Positions 12,536 through 23,010 of a DNA stretch of 64,000 nucleotides are shown here, one piece after another. The DNA lies in NCBI RefSeq assembly GCF_009834535.1, contig NC_045696.1:23748001-23812000 (forward strand), read 5' to 3'. How positions within the stretch are numbered: the stretch's first letter is position 1; every line of letters begins with the position of its first letter. Source of the stretch: Camelus ferus (lineage: Eukaryota). Position numbers and translations under genes: made by a program. The notes under the pieces are model-generated. The model was not told the DNA's origin and ran no database searches. It saw nothing but the letters and a program-made list of their open reading frames with translations.

Positions 12536-13607
12536 AAGTTGATATAATTTGTGTTGAAGAAGACACCCAGCCACCAGAAGCAGATGTTAGCAGTCAAGGG
12601 TGGGTCGTAGTTAGTGTTTGTCTCTTCCCGGTGCTCAGGACATGGTCCAGCACACAGTAGATGCCTTTTTAAGTATCTGATGATGATGGGATGGTTTCTA
12701 CCTTCAAATCTAACCCCTCTGTTTTACCTTTGAAGTTCTCCCGTGGGAACTTTCTTCTAACTAGTTTGTCTTGAGTCTGTCTCTAGGATGCTCCACTGTG
12801 TAGAAGACTTGTTTTCTGTGGTCACCAAAAATGGATGTGACACCTCTCCAGAGTTATACACAATTATATATATATATATTTTGCCTTGAACCTTTTAGTT
12901 CCTGCTATATTTGACACCTAAGCCCTTTCTGAGCTCAGATTCCAGGATAGGATATTGCCTGTCTTTCACTTGAAACTTTCTTAAGTCTAACACTGGGACA
13001 ACCATCATCATTTCTAAAAGAGCCTTTTTGTTTGTTACTCATATGCTCATTTCCAGGTGTTCAGATTTACAGTCTTGGAGTTGTTTCAAATTCTTCTTGC
13101 CTACATAAAGTTATCAAGTCTGATTTACTGCTTACTGTATAGAGCCCTACTGATGTTCAGTTATTACTGACCATCATGTTGGAAAATTTCAGAGCTATGG
13201 CCTTCAATGGGTTTCCCTGTTGTACAGCATCTTTAAATTTTAGTGCCTCTTGTCTACACCATCATAAATAGGTGTGTGGTCATTGCAGAATCCCTTGGTC
13301 ATCACAGGCATACCTTGTTTTATTCTGCTTGGTTTTATCGCAGATCATTTGATTTTTTTACAAATTGAAGGTTTGTGGCAACCCTGCATCGAGTAAGCCA
13401 ATTTGTGCCATTTTTTTCCACAGCATTTTCTCACTTTGTGTCTCTGTGTTACATTTTGGTGTTTTTAGCAATATTTTAAACATTTTCATCATTATTGCAT
13501 TTGTTATGGTGATCTGTGATCAATCGACATTTGGGCTATTATTATAATTGTTTTGGGGTGACATGAACTGTGCCCATATAAGAGGGTGAACTTAATCACT
13601 TATTGAA

Positions 13608-13930
13608 ATGACAACAAAGGATTTAGAATATTATGTAAACTTAGTTGATACAGCAAAGGCAGCATTTGAGAGGATTGACTCCAATTTTAAAAGAAATTCT
13701 ATTATGGGTAAATGCCATCAAACAGCAGTGCATGCCTCAGAGAAATCATTCCTGAAAGGCAGAGCCAATCAATGCAGCAAACTTCACTGTTGTCTTATTT
13801 TAAGAAATTGCCCAAGCCACGTCAGCCTTCAGCAACCATCATCCTGATCAATCATCAGACCCCAACGTTGAGGCAAGACCTTCCAACAGCAAAAAGATTA
13901 TGACTTGATGACATCTCAGATGATGGTTAG
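13608..13930 (+). pseudogene. Tigger1 transposase C-terminal remnant (frameshifted)
   Basis: ORFs MTTKDLEYYVNLVDTAKAAFERIDSNF and ..SQSMQQTSLLSYFKKLPKPRQPSAT..RQDLPTAKRL lie in different frames and match the Tigger1/TIGD1 C-terminus. Confidence 0.88.
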
Positions 13931-14039
13931 CATTGTTTAACAATAAATTATATTTAAATTAAGGTATGTACATTGGGTTTTTTAGATAAAATGCTATTGC
14001 ATACTTAATAGACTACAGTATAGTGTTAACATAAGTTTT

Positions 14040-14680
14040 CATATGATCCAGCAATTCCACTCCTGGGCATGTATCCAGAGGGAACTCTAAATCTAAAAGA
14101 TACATACACCCCAATGTTCATAGCAGCACTATTTACAATAGCCAAGACATGGAAACAACCTTAATGTCCACCAACAGATGACTGGGTAAAGAAGCTGTGG
14201 TATATTTACACAATGGAATACTACCCAGTGATGAAAAAGAATAAAATAATGCCATTTGCAGCAACATGGATGGACCTAGAGATTGTCATTCTAAATGAAG
14301 TAAGCCAGAGAGAGAAAGAAAAATACCATGTGATATCACTCATATGTGGAATCTAAGAAAAGAAGACACTAATGAACTTTATCTAAAAAACAGAAACAGA
14401 CTCACAGACATAGTAAACAAACTTATGGTTACCTGGGGAAATGGGGTGGGAGGGGATACATTGGGAGTTCAAGATTTGCAAATATTAGCTACTATATATA
14501 AAATAGATAAACAACAAGTTTATACTGTATAGCACAGGGAACTATGTTCAATGTCTTGTAGTAACCAATAATGAAAAAGAATATGAAATCGGATATATGT
14601 ATGTATATGTATGACTGAAACATTATGCTGTACACCAGAAATTGACACATTGTAAACTGAACATACTTCAACAAAAAGAA
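14040..14680 (+). mobile_element. 5'-truncated L1 (ORF2 end plus 3' UTR) nested in Tigger1
   Basis: CATATGATCCAGCAATTCCACTCCTGGGC...GCCATTTGCAGCAACATGGATGGACCTAGAG...cetartiodactyl 3' tail and short A-rich end; Tigger1 sequence resumes after it. Confidence 0.93.
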
Positions 14681-15461
14681 CGTTTTATAGGCACTGGTAA
14701 CCGAAAATATGTATGACTCACCTTATTGCCATATTTGCTTTACTGCAGTGATCTGGAACCAAACTTGCAATATTTCTAGGGTGTGACTCTACTAAAACTA
14801 TCTGCTGAGGGTCGACTATATATTAAGTACATTTTAACTCTTTGGCCTCTATTTAATATCTGTATTATTTTTTTCTAAAATGTCCTACTTTCAGCCAAGA
14901 AGACCTCCTTGTGCCATACGTGAACAAGCTCTTCTCTCAACCAGTCTAAGTCCAGTAGTTTCTTCAGGGCCTCACACCACTCACTTGAAGCCTTCGCTAA
15001 CATTGAAGATGGTGTCTTCATAGTATGCCTTTCTTAGAGAGAGCAGGCTAGCAATGTCAGAGAAAGGACATACAGAGTGAAAGCCAAATCATAAATTAGG
15101 ATTTAGATGCTGATTACATCATGGATCAAGGAGGACCAACCTCTGAAGTGCTTTGTTTAACCAATCACCAGGGCTCAAGGCAGAGACTGGCTCTGAGAGG
15201 TGAGTGCAGATGACAAGTGGCTGCATCTGCCTGAGGGAGGGGATTCCAGGACCAACATGTGGTCTGATCAAGGGGGGCTACAAAAAGCATGCTGATCATT
15301 TTCTCCATTTTCACTTCTCTCAACAGCTAAATAAAGAGCCAAGTGCTACATTAACATAGTAAATAGGAAGAGGACTGACAGGGGTCATTGAAAGACCAAC
15401 TCACTGGATTTTAGAGGGGAGAGACATAAAATGTGGAGAGATCAAGAGATGGGAGCCCTCC

Positions 15462-16064
15462 TGTTGCTGGCAATTAGGTTCTTGACTCATCACAGGAAGA
15501 ATTCAGAGATGAGGCACGAAGTTCAGGAAAGTAAAGTGAGGATTTACTAAGCTATAGATAGTAACCTCTCAAGGGGGGCGCGGGCAGACTCAGGTGAGGT
15601 GCTGAGCTGAGTTTCTTTGGCAAGTTGGTTACATGGGGTGGAAAAATGAATGGGCAGAGTATTTATTGGGGTGGGAAGAGTTTGAGAATATATTCCCTGA
15701 TTTCCATCCGAGCTCCGCCTTCCCAAGAGGAGAAGGAATTTCGTCCTTATTTAGTCTGGATCAGAAATGTCATGGTGTTGGTGCATGATGGGCACTTCTA
15801 ATCTGCAAGGCAAATTTTATTATGAGGGCATAATGAGCAAAAGGTTATACTCAGACCCTAGAGATTTCCTGCATCTTCCCACCTTTCTTTGCCTGCTTCT
15901 AGGATACTTCTCACCTCAAAATGTGTGATTTCTTATCAGTCTGGAGGTTCCTGCTTTTCTCTGTCTGCCCAAGGATCCCTATTGTTCACAAGATGTGTGG
16001 TTTCCTGCCATTTGGCTCGTGCCGGACTTTTCTGCTCATGTCCAGCTATCTGCCTGCTGTAACA
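15462..16064 (-). mobile_element. ERV1-class solo LTR (probably lineage-specific)
   Basis: TGTTG...TAACA termini; perfect 4-bp TSD CTCC at 15458-15461 and 16065-16068; homologous to 16671-17313 in the opposite orientation. Confidence 0.88.
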
Positions 16065-16670
16065 CTCCCACTGGCCAAATTGGCTATTTTGTGAGAATTT
16101 TAAAAAGACCTATCTTACTCCAGATCCTTTACTTCCATGAGCCAGAAATTTTCGTAACAACCATACGATGCACAACACAGTTCCACAGCAGCCCTGATCT
16201 GCAGAGCAGGGACTAGAACATGGGCTTCTTTAGATTAAGACTGGTGCTCGAGCACCATGATGTCTCCCCATGGGGCTGCTCCTGCCCGGGGATTTCTTTA
16301 TAGCCCATTTCTGCAAGGTTTCTTAAAAAGCCCTCCAACTGAGTATAAGTTGCTTGAAATAGGTGTCATCGTTTCTTGTATTTCCTTTGGCTCCCCCAGA
16401 GTGGCGTTCTGCTGTGGGCCCTCAGGAAATGTATCTTATGTAAATACCACCTACAATGTATTAGGCCCCAGGATTGCTTCTCAATTGTCTGGCAACATCA
16501 CCCTGCGGGGATGTTCCCTTTCTGCAGGATTCTTTTTCTTACTAACGGCAGCAGCCTTAATGAATTGGTGTGTAGCTAACAGACAAAACACTCTTAAGGC
16601 TCAGTGGATGGCTCCCTTTTGCTTCTCATTTTTCTTGTCCTTTGTAAGCTGACCATCCTCAGTGCCCATC

Positions 16671-17313
16671 TGTTAGATCAGGCAGATAAGCTAGATATGA
16701 GCAGAGAAAAGGAGACTCAGACTAAATGGCAGGAATTGGGCAGGAAGGAGGGGCACAGACCAAACACAGGAAACCACACATCATGTAAGCACCAGGGTCC
16801 CTGGACAGAGAAAGAAAAGCAGGAACCTCTGGGCCATAAGTGATCACACATTTTGAAGTGACAAGTGGCCTGGAGGCTGACAAAGAAAGGTAGGAAAAGG
16901 CAGGAATCTCCAGTGTTTGACTGTAACTTTTTGCTTATTATGCCCTCATTATAATAAAATTAGCCTTGCAGATGAGAAGTACCCATCATGCACTGATGCC
17001 ATGACACTTCTGATCCAGACCAAATAAGGACAAAAATCCCTCCTTCCTGCAGGAAAGTGGAGTTGGGATAAAAATCAGGAAATAAGACCCCAAACTCTTC
17101 CCTCCCCAATGACTATTCTTCCCATTCATGTTTACACTCTATGTAACCAACTCTCCAAAGAAACCCAGGGCAGCCGCTCACCTGAGCCTGCCTGCTCTCC
17201 CCTTGAAGAGTGTACTATCCATCCCTTGATAAATCCTCACTGTACTTTTTAACCACCGAATTCTTTCTGGGACAGGACGAGAACCTGGACACCAGCTACA
17301 CCTACAGGCAACA
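16671..17313 (+). mobile_element. ERV1-class solo LTR, same family as 15462-16064
   Basis: TGTTA...CAACA termini; near-TSD CATC/TATC; shares long blocks with the reverse complement of the upstream LTR. Confidence 0.88.
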
Positions 17314-18646
17314 TATCTGTGTCCAAGCATTAGTCGGGTACTGCAGATGCTGCCTTCAAGATGTCTTTCCTATTAGCTCCTTGATTTCCTTTCTCACTGC
17401 CATCACTTATGAAGCCCATTCTTTTTTTCCCCTTAGAAAAATTCATTCCCAGTTGCACTAATAAATCAAAGTAGATTAGAGAGAGAATCAGAAGATCCAG
17501 TCTCAACTTGGTTGTGACACTGGCCATGGTACGACACTCAGCAAGTCATTTACCTGTACTTTCCCAACTTATCAACTGAGTTGAACTAAGCAATTCCAGG
17601 GTCACCTCCACCCAGTGATCTCTGCCTGAAATACATTGCTCTGTCCTCCTCTCTTGACTGTTCACTCAATCACATTTTAGCCCAGTTTCCTGCTCCAATC
17701 AGCCTCCTGCAACCTGTCAGATTGTGAGTAGTTGTCTTGTAACACCTTGTGCTTACCTCAACTACACTACTCCAGTCATTCATCCAGCAGCAATTAGGTC
17801 TCTACCATGTGTGAAGCACTTATGGCTTCTTGACACACTCAATCTGCTCCATGTCTATGCCTCAGGGTGTGAATGTTGCTTTGTATCTACTTGTGTTTTT
17901 CTTTTCTAAAACAAACACTAATTACTTTGAAGACCAGATTATGCCGTATTTACTTTACATGCAGCGCCTCACTGAATCTTAACAAATAGTTTCTAAATGA
18001 GTGATCAAATCTTCTTCCAACACATGATTCTAAGCATTTTTGAATCCAAAAGCTCTGGCTTTTGCCCTTCATGATGGCCATATGTCTTTGCCACCAGTGG
18101 TTTAAATAAACCAACAAATAAAGACAGAATACAGAAATAAATAAAGAAACAAGACAAAGCCAACAAATAATGAAAAATAAACTGTGCACATTAATCTACA
18201 CGCAATAAAAAAAAATTCAAAGACCATGTTTAATAGTAGCATGCATGCCCCCAAAACCAACAACCAGTTTGGTTTTGCTCAGCATGCACATCAAACACCA
18301 AGTCCAGCACTGCATTCACACAGGCGGTTTCAACACGTTCTTGAAACATATACGCTAATAAAAATTATGTTGAGTTAAAAAGTTTACAAAGTTTAAAGTA
18401 GCATTCCCCGTTGCATGTGTCTTCATTTTCTTTTATCCATGTTTTAAAATTGTTTAAAGCCTTCTCACATTAACACTTATATCATGACACAGACAGGGTT
18501 AGTTTATTCAGTTTGAGATGGCTCAGGTCCAGAATAAATAATAAAATTGAACTTTATTGCTCAAACATTTCTCTTCAATATCAGCATTTCATTTCATTTT
18601 TAAATAATTGCACTAATGGTGATTTGCAGTCACAAAGCATTTGCTA

Positions 18647-18679
18647 TGTATTTCCCTCAATGGCCACCAGGTGGCAGTG
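18647..18679 (+). promoter_or_regulatory. Candidate CTCF binding site (core plus upstream-motif-like sequence)
   Basis: TGGCCACCAGGTGGCAGTG at 18661-18679 closely matches the CTCF core; TGTATTTCC 5 bp upstream resembles the TGCAGTNCC upstream motif. Confidence 0.7.
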
Positions 18680-18758
18680 CAATATCATAACATCAACAGC
18701 ATTTTATTTTGTTCTGTGAGTCTTCTGTTTTTCCAAAGTGTAGAACAAGTGGTTTTTT

Positions 18759-21700
18759 TAAACTTTATGTATTTATTTCACAATATCATATTTTTAAACT
18801 GAAGTATAGTTTATGTATAATATTATATGTTACAGGTATGTGATACAGTGATTCACAATTTTTAAAGGTTATACTCCATTTATAGTTATTATAAAATATT
18901 GGCTATATTCCCCATGTTGTACAATACATCCTTGTAGCTTATTTTATACCTGACAGTTTGTATCTCTTAATCCTCCACCTCCATCTTGCCCCTCTCCCTT
19001 CCTTCTCTCCTCTTGTAACCACTAGTTCCTTCTCTACATCTGTGAGTCTGTTTCTTTTCTGTTATATTCACTAGTTTGTTGTATTTTTTTTAGATTCCAC
19101 ATATAAGTGAAATCCTTCAATATTTGTCCTTCTCTGCATATGGCCTCCAAGTCCATCTATGCTGTACACCAGAAACTAATACAAAATTTTAAATCAACTG
19201 TACTTCAATTAAAAAGCAAACAAACAACCCATTTTAAATATGGACAGAAGAGCTGAATATTTTTCCAAAAGAAGAAATGCAGGTGGCCAACAGGAAAATG
19301 AAAATTTGCTCAACATTGCCAATATCAGGGAAATGCAAATCAAAACCACATTGAGACTCCATCCCACACCTGTCAGAATGGCCATCATCAAATAGAACAC
19401 AAATAACAAATATTGGCAAGGATATGGAGAAAAGGGAACCCTTGTACACTGTTGGTGGGAATGTAAATTGGTGCAGCTACCATGGAAAACAATATGGAGC
19501 TTTCTTAAAAACCCAAAACCAGAACCACCACATGGCCCAACAATTCCACTTCTGAGCATATATACCTGAGAAAAACAAAAACATTGATTCTTTAAAAAGA
19601 TACATACACCCTGCTATTAACAACAGCACCTCTTACAATTGCCAAGACATGGAAGCATCTCAAGTGCACATCGATAGATGAATGGATAAAGAAGATATAG
19701 CACACATATGTAATGGAATACAACTCAGTCACAAAAAAGAAGGATATTTTGCTATTTGTGGCTCTCCATTCACTTTTTTTCCCCCACTTCAAAAACCGGA
19801 ATTTTGTAACTGGCATAAACATTTCCATTGCATCAAAAACAACAGAATGCCTAGAAATAAACCTAACCAAGGAGGTTACCTGTACTCTGGAAACTGTAAA
19901 ACATTGATGAAGGAAATTGAATATGATACAAAGAAATGGGAAGACATCTTGTGCTCTTGCACTGGAAGAAACAACACTATCAAAATGGCCACAGTACCCA
20001 AAGCAATCCACAGATCCTATGCAACCCCTGTCAAAATACCAACATTTCTCACAGAACTAGAACAAGCAATTCCAAAATTAATATGGAACCATAAAAGACC
20101 CTGAGACGCCAAAGCAATCTTTTGTAGGTCTTTAGTTTTTTTTTTTTTTTTTTGCTCTTTCTTCTTTTTGTTCTCTTTTCTTGCGGTTTGATGACTAGAG
20201 AAATTCCTTTCACATTACTGTAAAGCTGGTTTGGTGGTGCTGAAATCTTTTAGCTTTTGTTTATCTGTGAAGCTTTTGATTTCTCCGTCAAATATGAACC
20301 AGAGCCTTGCTGGATAGAGTATTGTTGGTTGTAAGTTTTTCCCTTTTATTACTTTAAATATATCTTGCCACTCCCTTCTGGCCTGTAGAGTTTCTGCTGA
20401 AAAATCAGCCGATAACCTTATGGGAGTTCCCTTGTATGTTATTTGTTGCTTTTCTCTTGCTGATTTTAATATTTTCTCCTTATCCTTAATTTTTGTCAGT
20501 TTGATTCCTATGTGTCTTGGTATGTTCCTCTTTGGGTTGATCCTGTGTGGTACCTTCTGTGCTTCCTGGACTTGGGTGACTGTTTCCTTTCCCAAGTTGG
20601 GGAAGTTTTTGGTTATTAACTCTTCACATATTTCCTCAGATCCTTTCACTCTCTCTCCTCTTTCTGGGACCCTATAATGCAAATATTAGTGCGCTTCATG
20701 TTGTCTCAGAGTTCTCTTTAATTATCCTCATTTCTTTTCATTCTTTTTCCTTTTTTTCTGTTCTGCAGTAGTATTTCCACTAATCTGTCTTCTAGCTTAC
20801 TGATCCTTTCTGCCTCATTTAGTCTATTCTTGGTTCCTTTTAGTGTGTTATTCACTTCAGTAATTTTATTCAACTCTGAGTATTTTTTATATTTTCCAAC
20901 TCTTTACTAAAAACTTTGCTCTGTGCATCTATACTCCTCTTGAGTTCTCTGAACATCTTTGCCATCATTACTTTAAAATCTTTCTCAGATAAATTGCCTA
21001 TCTCCTTACCACTTATTTCTTCTTCTGGGATTTTATCTTGTGCATTGGCCTGGAAGATATTCCTCTGCCACCTCATGTTGTCTATCTTTCTATTGTATTT
21101 TTAGGGAGGTTAGTTAACTTCTTCACCTTGGAGAAGTGGCCTTCTATGGGAGACGTCCTGTGCATCCCAGCAGTGCAATCCTTTCTTGTCACCCAAAGGC
21201 CAGGATCCAGCCTGTCCCAGTGTAGAGTTTGGCTTCTGTTTGTGGATTCCTTCCACAGGCTTTGGGATTATTATTTTCTTATTTCTGGTATCTGCCCTCG
21301 GTGGATGAGGCTGGACTAGAGGCTTATGCAGTTTTCCTGGCAGGAGGAGTCAGTACCTGCCCACATCTGGGTAAAGCTTGGTCCTGGACCTCAGCTGGGT
21401 AGGGCCGTGTCTAGAGGTGTTCGTGGCTCAGGAGGTCTGCTGATGGGTGGGGCTGTGTCCTCACCCAGTATGTTGTTTGGCCTGAGGCTTCCCAGCCCCA
21501 AGCCTACAGGCTCTTGGGTGGGGCTAAATCTTGGTGCTAATGAGCCAATCAAAATATCAGACTCCATGAAAGCTCATGTAGATGAACACTTCCAGAATGG
21601 TCCACCCCTAGCTTTTATGTCCCCTGGGTGAGCTGCAGCTATCCCCCAGCTTCCCAGGAGAACTTCCAAATCCAAAACCAGCAGGCAGATCTGGCCCAAG

Positions 21701-22189
21701 TTCCTATGAAATCACTGCCTCTGTCCTTGAATCTGGCAAGTGCCAGGTTCTGTGTGCACTTCCCAAGAGAACAAAATCTCTGTACCCCCCCCCCCCACCC
21801 CAGTCCCATGGAGCTCCTGGAGTTAATCCCCACTGGCTTTCAAAGCCAGATGTCCTGGGGTCTCCATCTCCCACTGCCAGAACCCTGGGCTGGGGAGCCT
21901 GATGTGGGGCTCAGAACTCTCACTCCTGGGGGAGAGCCTCTGTGAATTAATTATTCTTCAGCTTGTGGGTCTCCCACCCGGGGGGTAATGGAGTCCGATT
22001 ATATCTCTAGCACACCCCTCCTACCATCCCACTGTGGTTCCCTCTTCATGTTTCCAGTTGAAGATCTTTTTTGCTAGACTCCAGTCTTTTTTTCCAATGG
22101 TTGTTTAGCAGTCAGTTGCGGTTTTGTTGTAGTTGCAAGGAGAGGTGAGCTTGTGGTTCTACTGCTCTGCCATCTTGACTGGAAATCCC
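18759..22189 (-). mobile_element. Rearranged L1 insertion (5' UTR, ORF1, inverted ORF2 pieces, 3' UTR)
   Basis: 15-bp TSD AACAAGTGGTTTTTT (18744-18758) / AACAAGTTGTTTTTT (22190-22204); 5' end GCCATCTTGACTGGAAATCC; ORF1 on the minus strand; ORF2 fragments on the plus strand at 19216-19763 and 19820-20120; 3' UTR on the minus strand at 18790-19160. Confidence 0.9.
20215..21076 (-). pseudogene. L1 ORF1p (disrupted)
   Basis: ORF 20870-21076 (MRWQRNIFQ..EIGNLSEKDFKVMM) and ORF 20215-20682 (..ENFPNL-like, PRHIGIKLTKIKDKEKILKSAREK, GTPIRLSADFSAETLQARREW, YPARL) are typical ORF1p segments; a stop separates them. Confidence 0.93.
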
Positions 22190-22371
22190 AACAAGTTGTT
22201 TTTTGAATAGCCAAAAAGTTAATGGGACTTTTTAGAATATAGATCAACCAAATTAAAAAAAAATATATATATATGTAAAAAATTGAATTTAATTTAATCC
22301 CTTCTGCTTGAAATTAAAAAAAAAAAAAAGAAAAATTACCATATATGTTCATTCTCAGCCCTAGATTTCTT

Positions 22372-22595
22372 CATAGTGGCCAAGAACACAAGCTTTATAA
22401 TTAGACAGATATAGGATCGAGTTTTTTTTCTTTAGAAACAACCAAGAATTTTTATCTTAGGTAAGTTTCTAAATCTCCTCAAACCTTTGTTTTCAAGTGT
22501 AAACATTTACAACACCCACCCCATCCCATATTAGGTAAGAGGATGTTTGCAAAGTGCTCAGGCCACATAGTTCTCAATAAATGCTAGTATTAATA
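22372..22595 (+). mobile_element. MIR SINE remnant
   Basis: ATAGTGGCCAAGAACACAAGCTTT...TGCAAAGTGCTCAGGCCACATAGTTCTCAATAAATGCTAGTATT. Confidence 0.55.
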
Positions 22596-22789
22596 GTAGT
22601 AATCAACTATACTTTAATAAAAATAAATGAATAAATAATATTTTATTATTAGATTCAAAATCTTGGCAGATTGGTAATAGTTGAAATAAAAAGCCTTTAC
22701 CTTGAGCTTAAGAAAGGAGAAAGAAAAGTACAAAGATAAAAAAGGGGGGAGGGGGTACTATCTAACAGGTTTTGCAAGAGAAACGCTGA

Positions 22790-23010
22790 TATACGGTAAA
22801 AAAAGAACATCACTTTCAGAGCCATCAGGACCAGAGTTGGTGATACTAACTGCTGTTTAGGACCACTGCATTCAGTACTTTACTTCACTTAATCTCAGTG
22901 TTTTAATTTGTAAATCAGAACTCATAACTCTTTTAGGGCTAATATGAGATAAAACAAGCTAATACACGTAAAGTGCTTGACAAACAGTAAACATTCAAGG
23001 TTGCTATTTT
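22790..23010 (+). mobile_element. MIR SINE remnant
   Basis: TCTCAGTGTTTTAATTTGTAAA...GCTAATACACGTAAAGTGCTTGACAAACAGTAAAC. Confidence 0.5.

Larger units (their letters stand above)
13305..14789 (+). mobile_element. Internally deleted Tigger1 DNA transposon (Tigger1a-like), split by an L1 insertion at about 14040-14680
   Basis: Left end CAGGCATACCTTGTTTTATT; right end TGGAACCAAACTTGCAATATTTCTAGGGTGTGACTC followed by TA; internal deletion junction near 13600. Confidence 0.9.

Noticed and set aside
13608..13903. Domesticated TIGD1-like gene
   Set aside because: Only a frameshifted C-terminal fragment inside a deleted transposon remains; the DNA-binding and DDE domains are missing.
16257..16652. 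131-aa ORF between the two LTRs
   Set aside because: No recognisable homology or domain; its length is within chance expectation for a 64 kb six-frame scan.
15462..17313. Provirus with two LTRs flanking an internal region
   Set aside because: The LTRs are in opposite orientation, each has its own TSD, and the spacer shows no evident primer-binding site or gag/pol sequence.
18759..22189. Retrotransposition-competent L1
   Set aside because: ORF1 is interrupted, and most of ORF2 is deleted with the remainder inverted.
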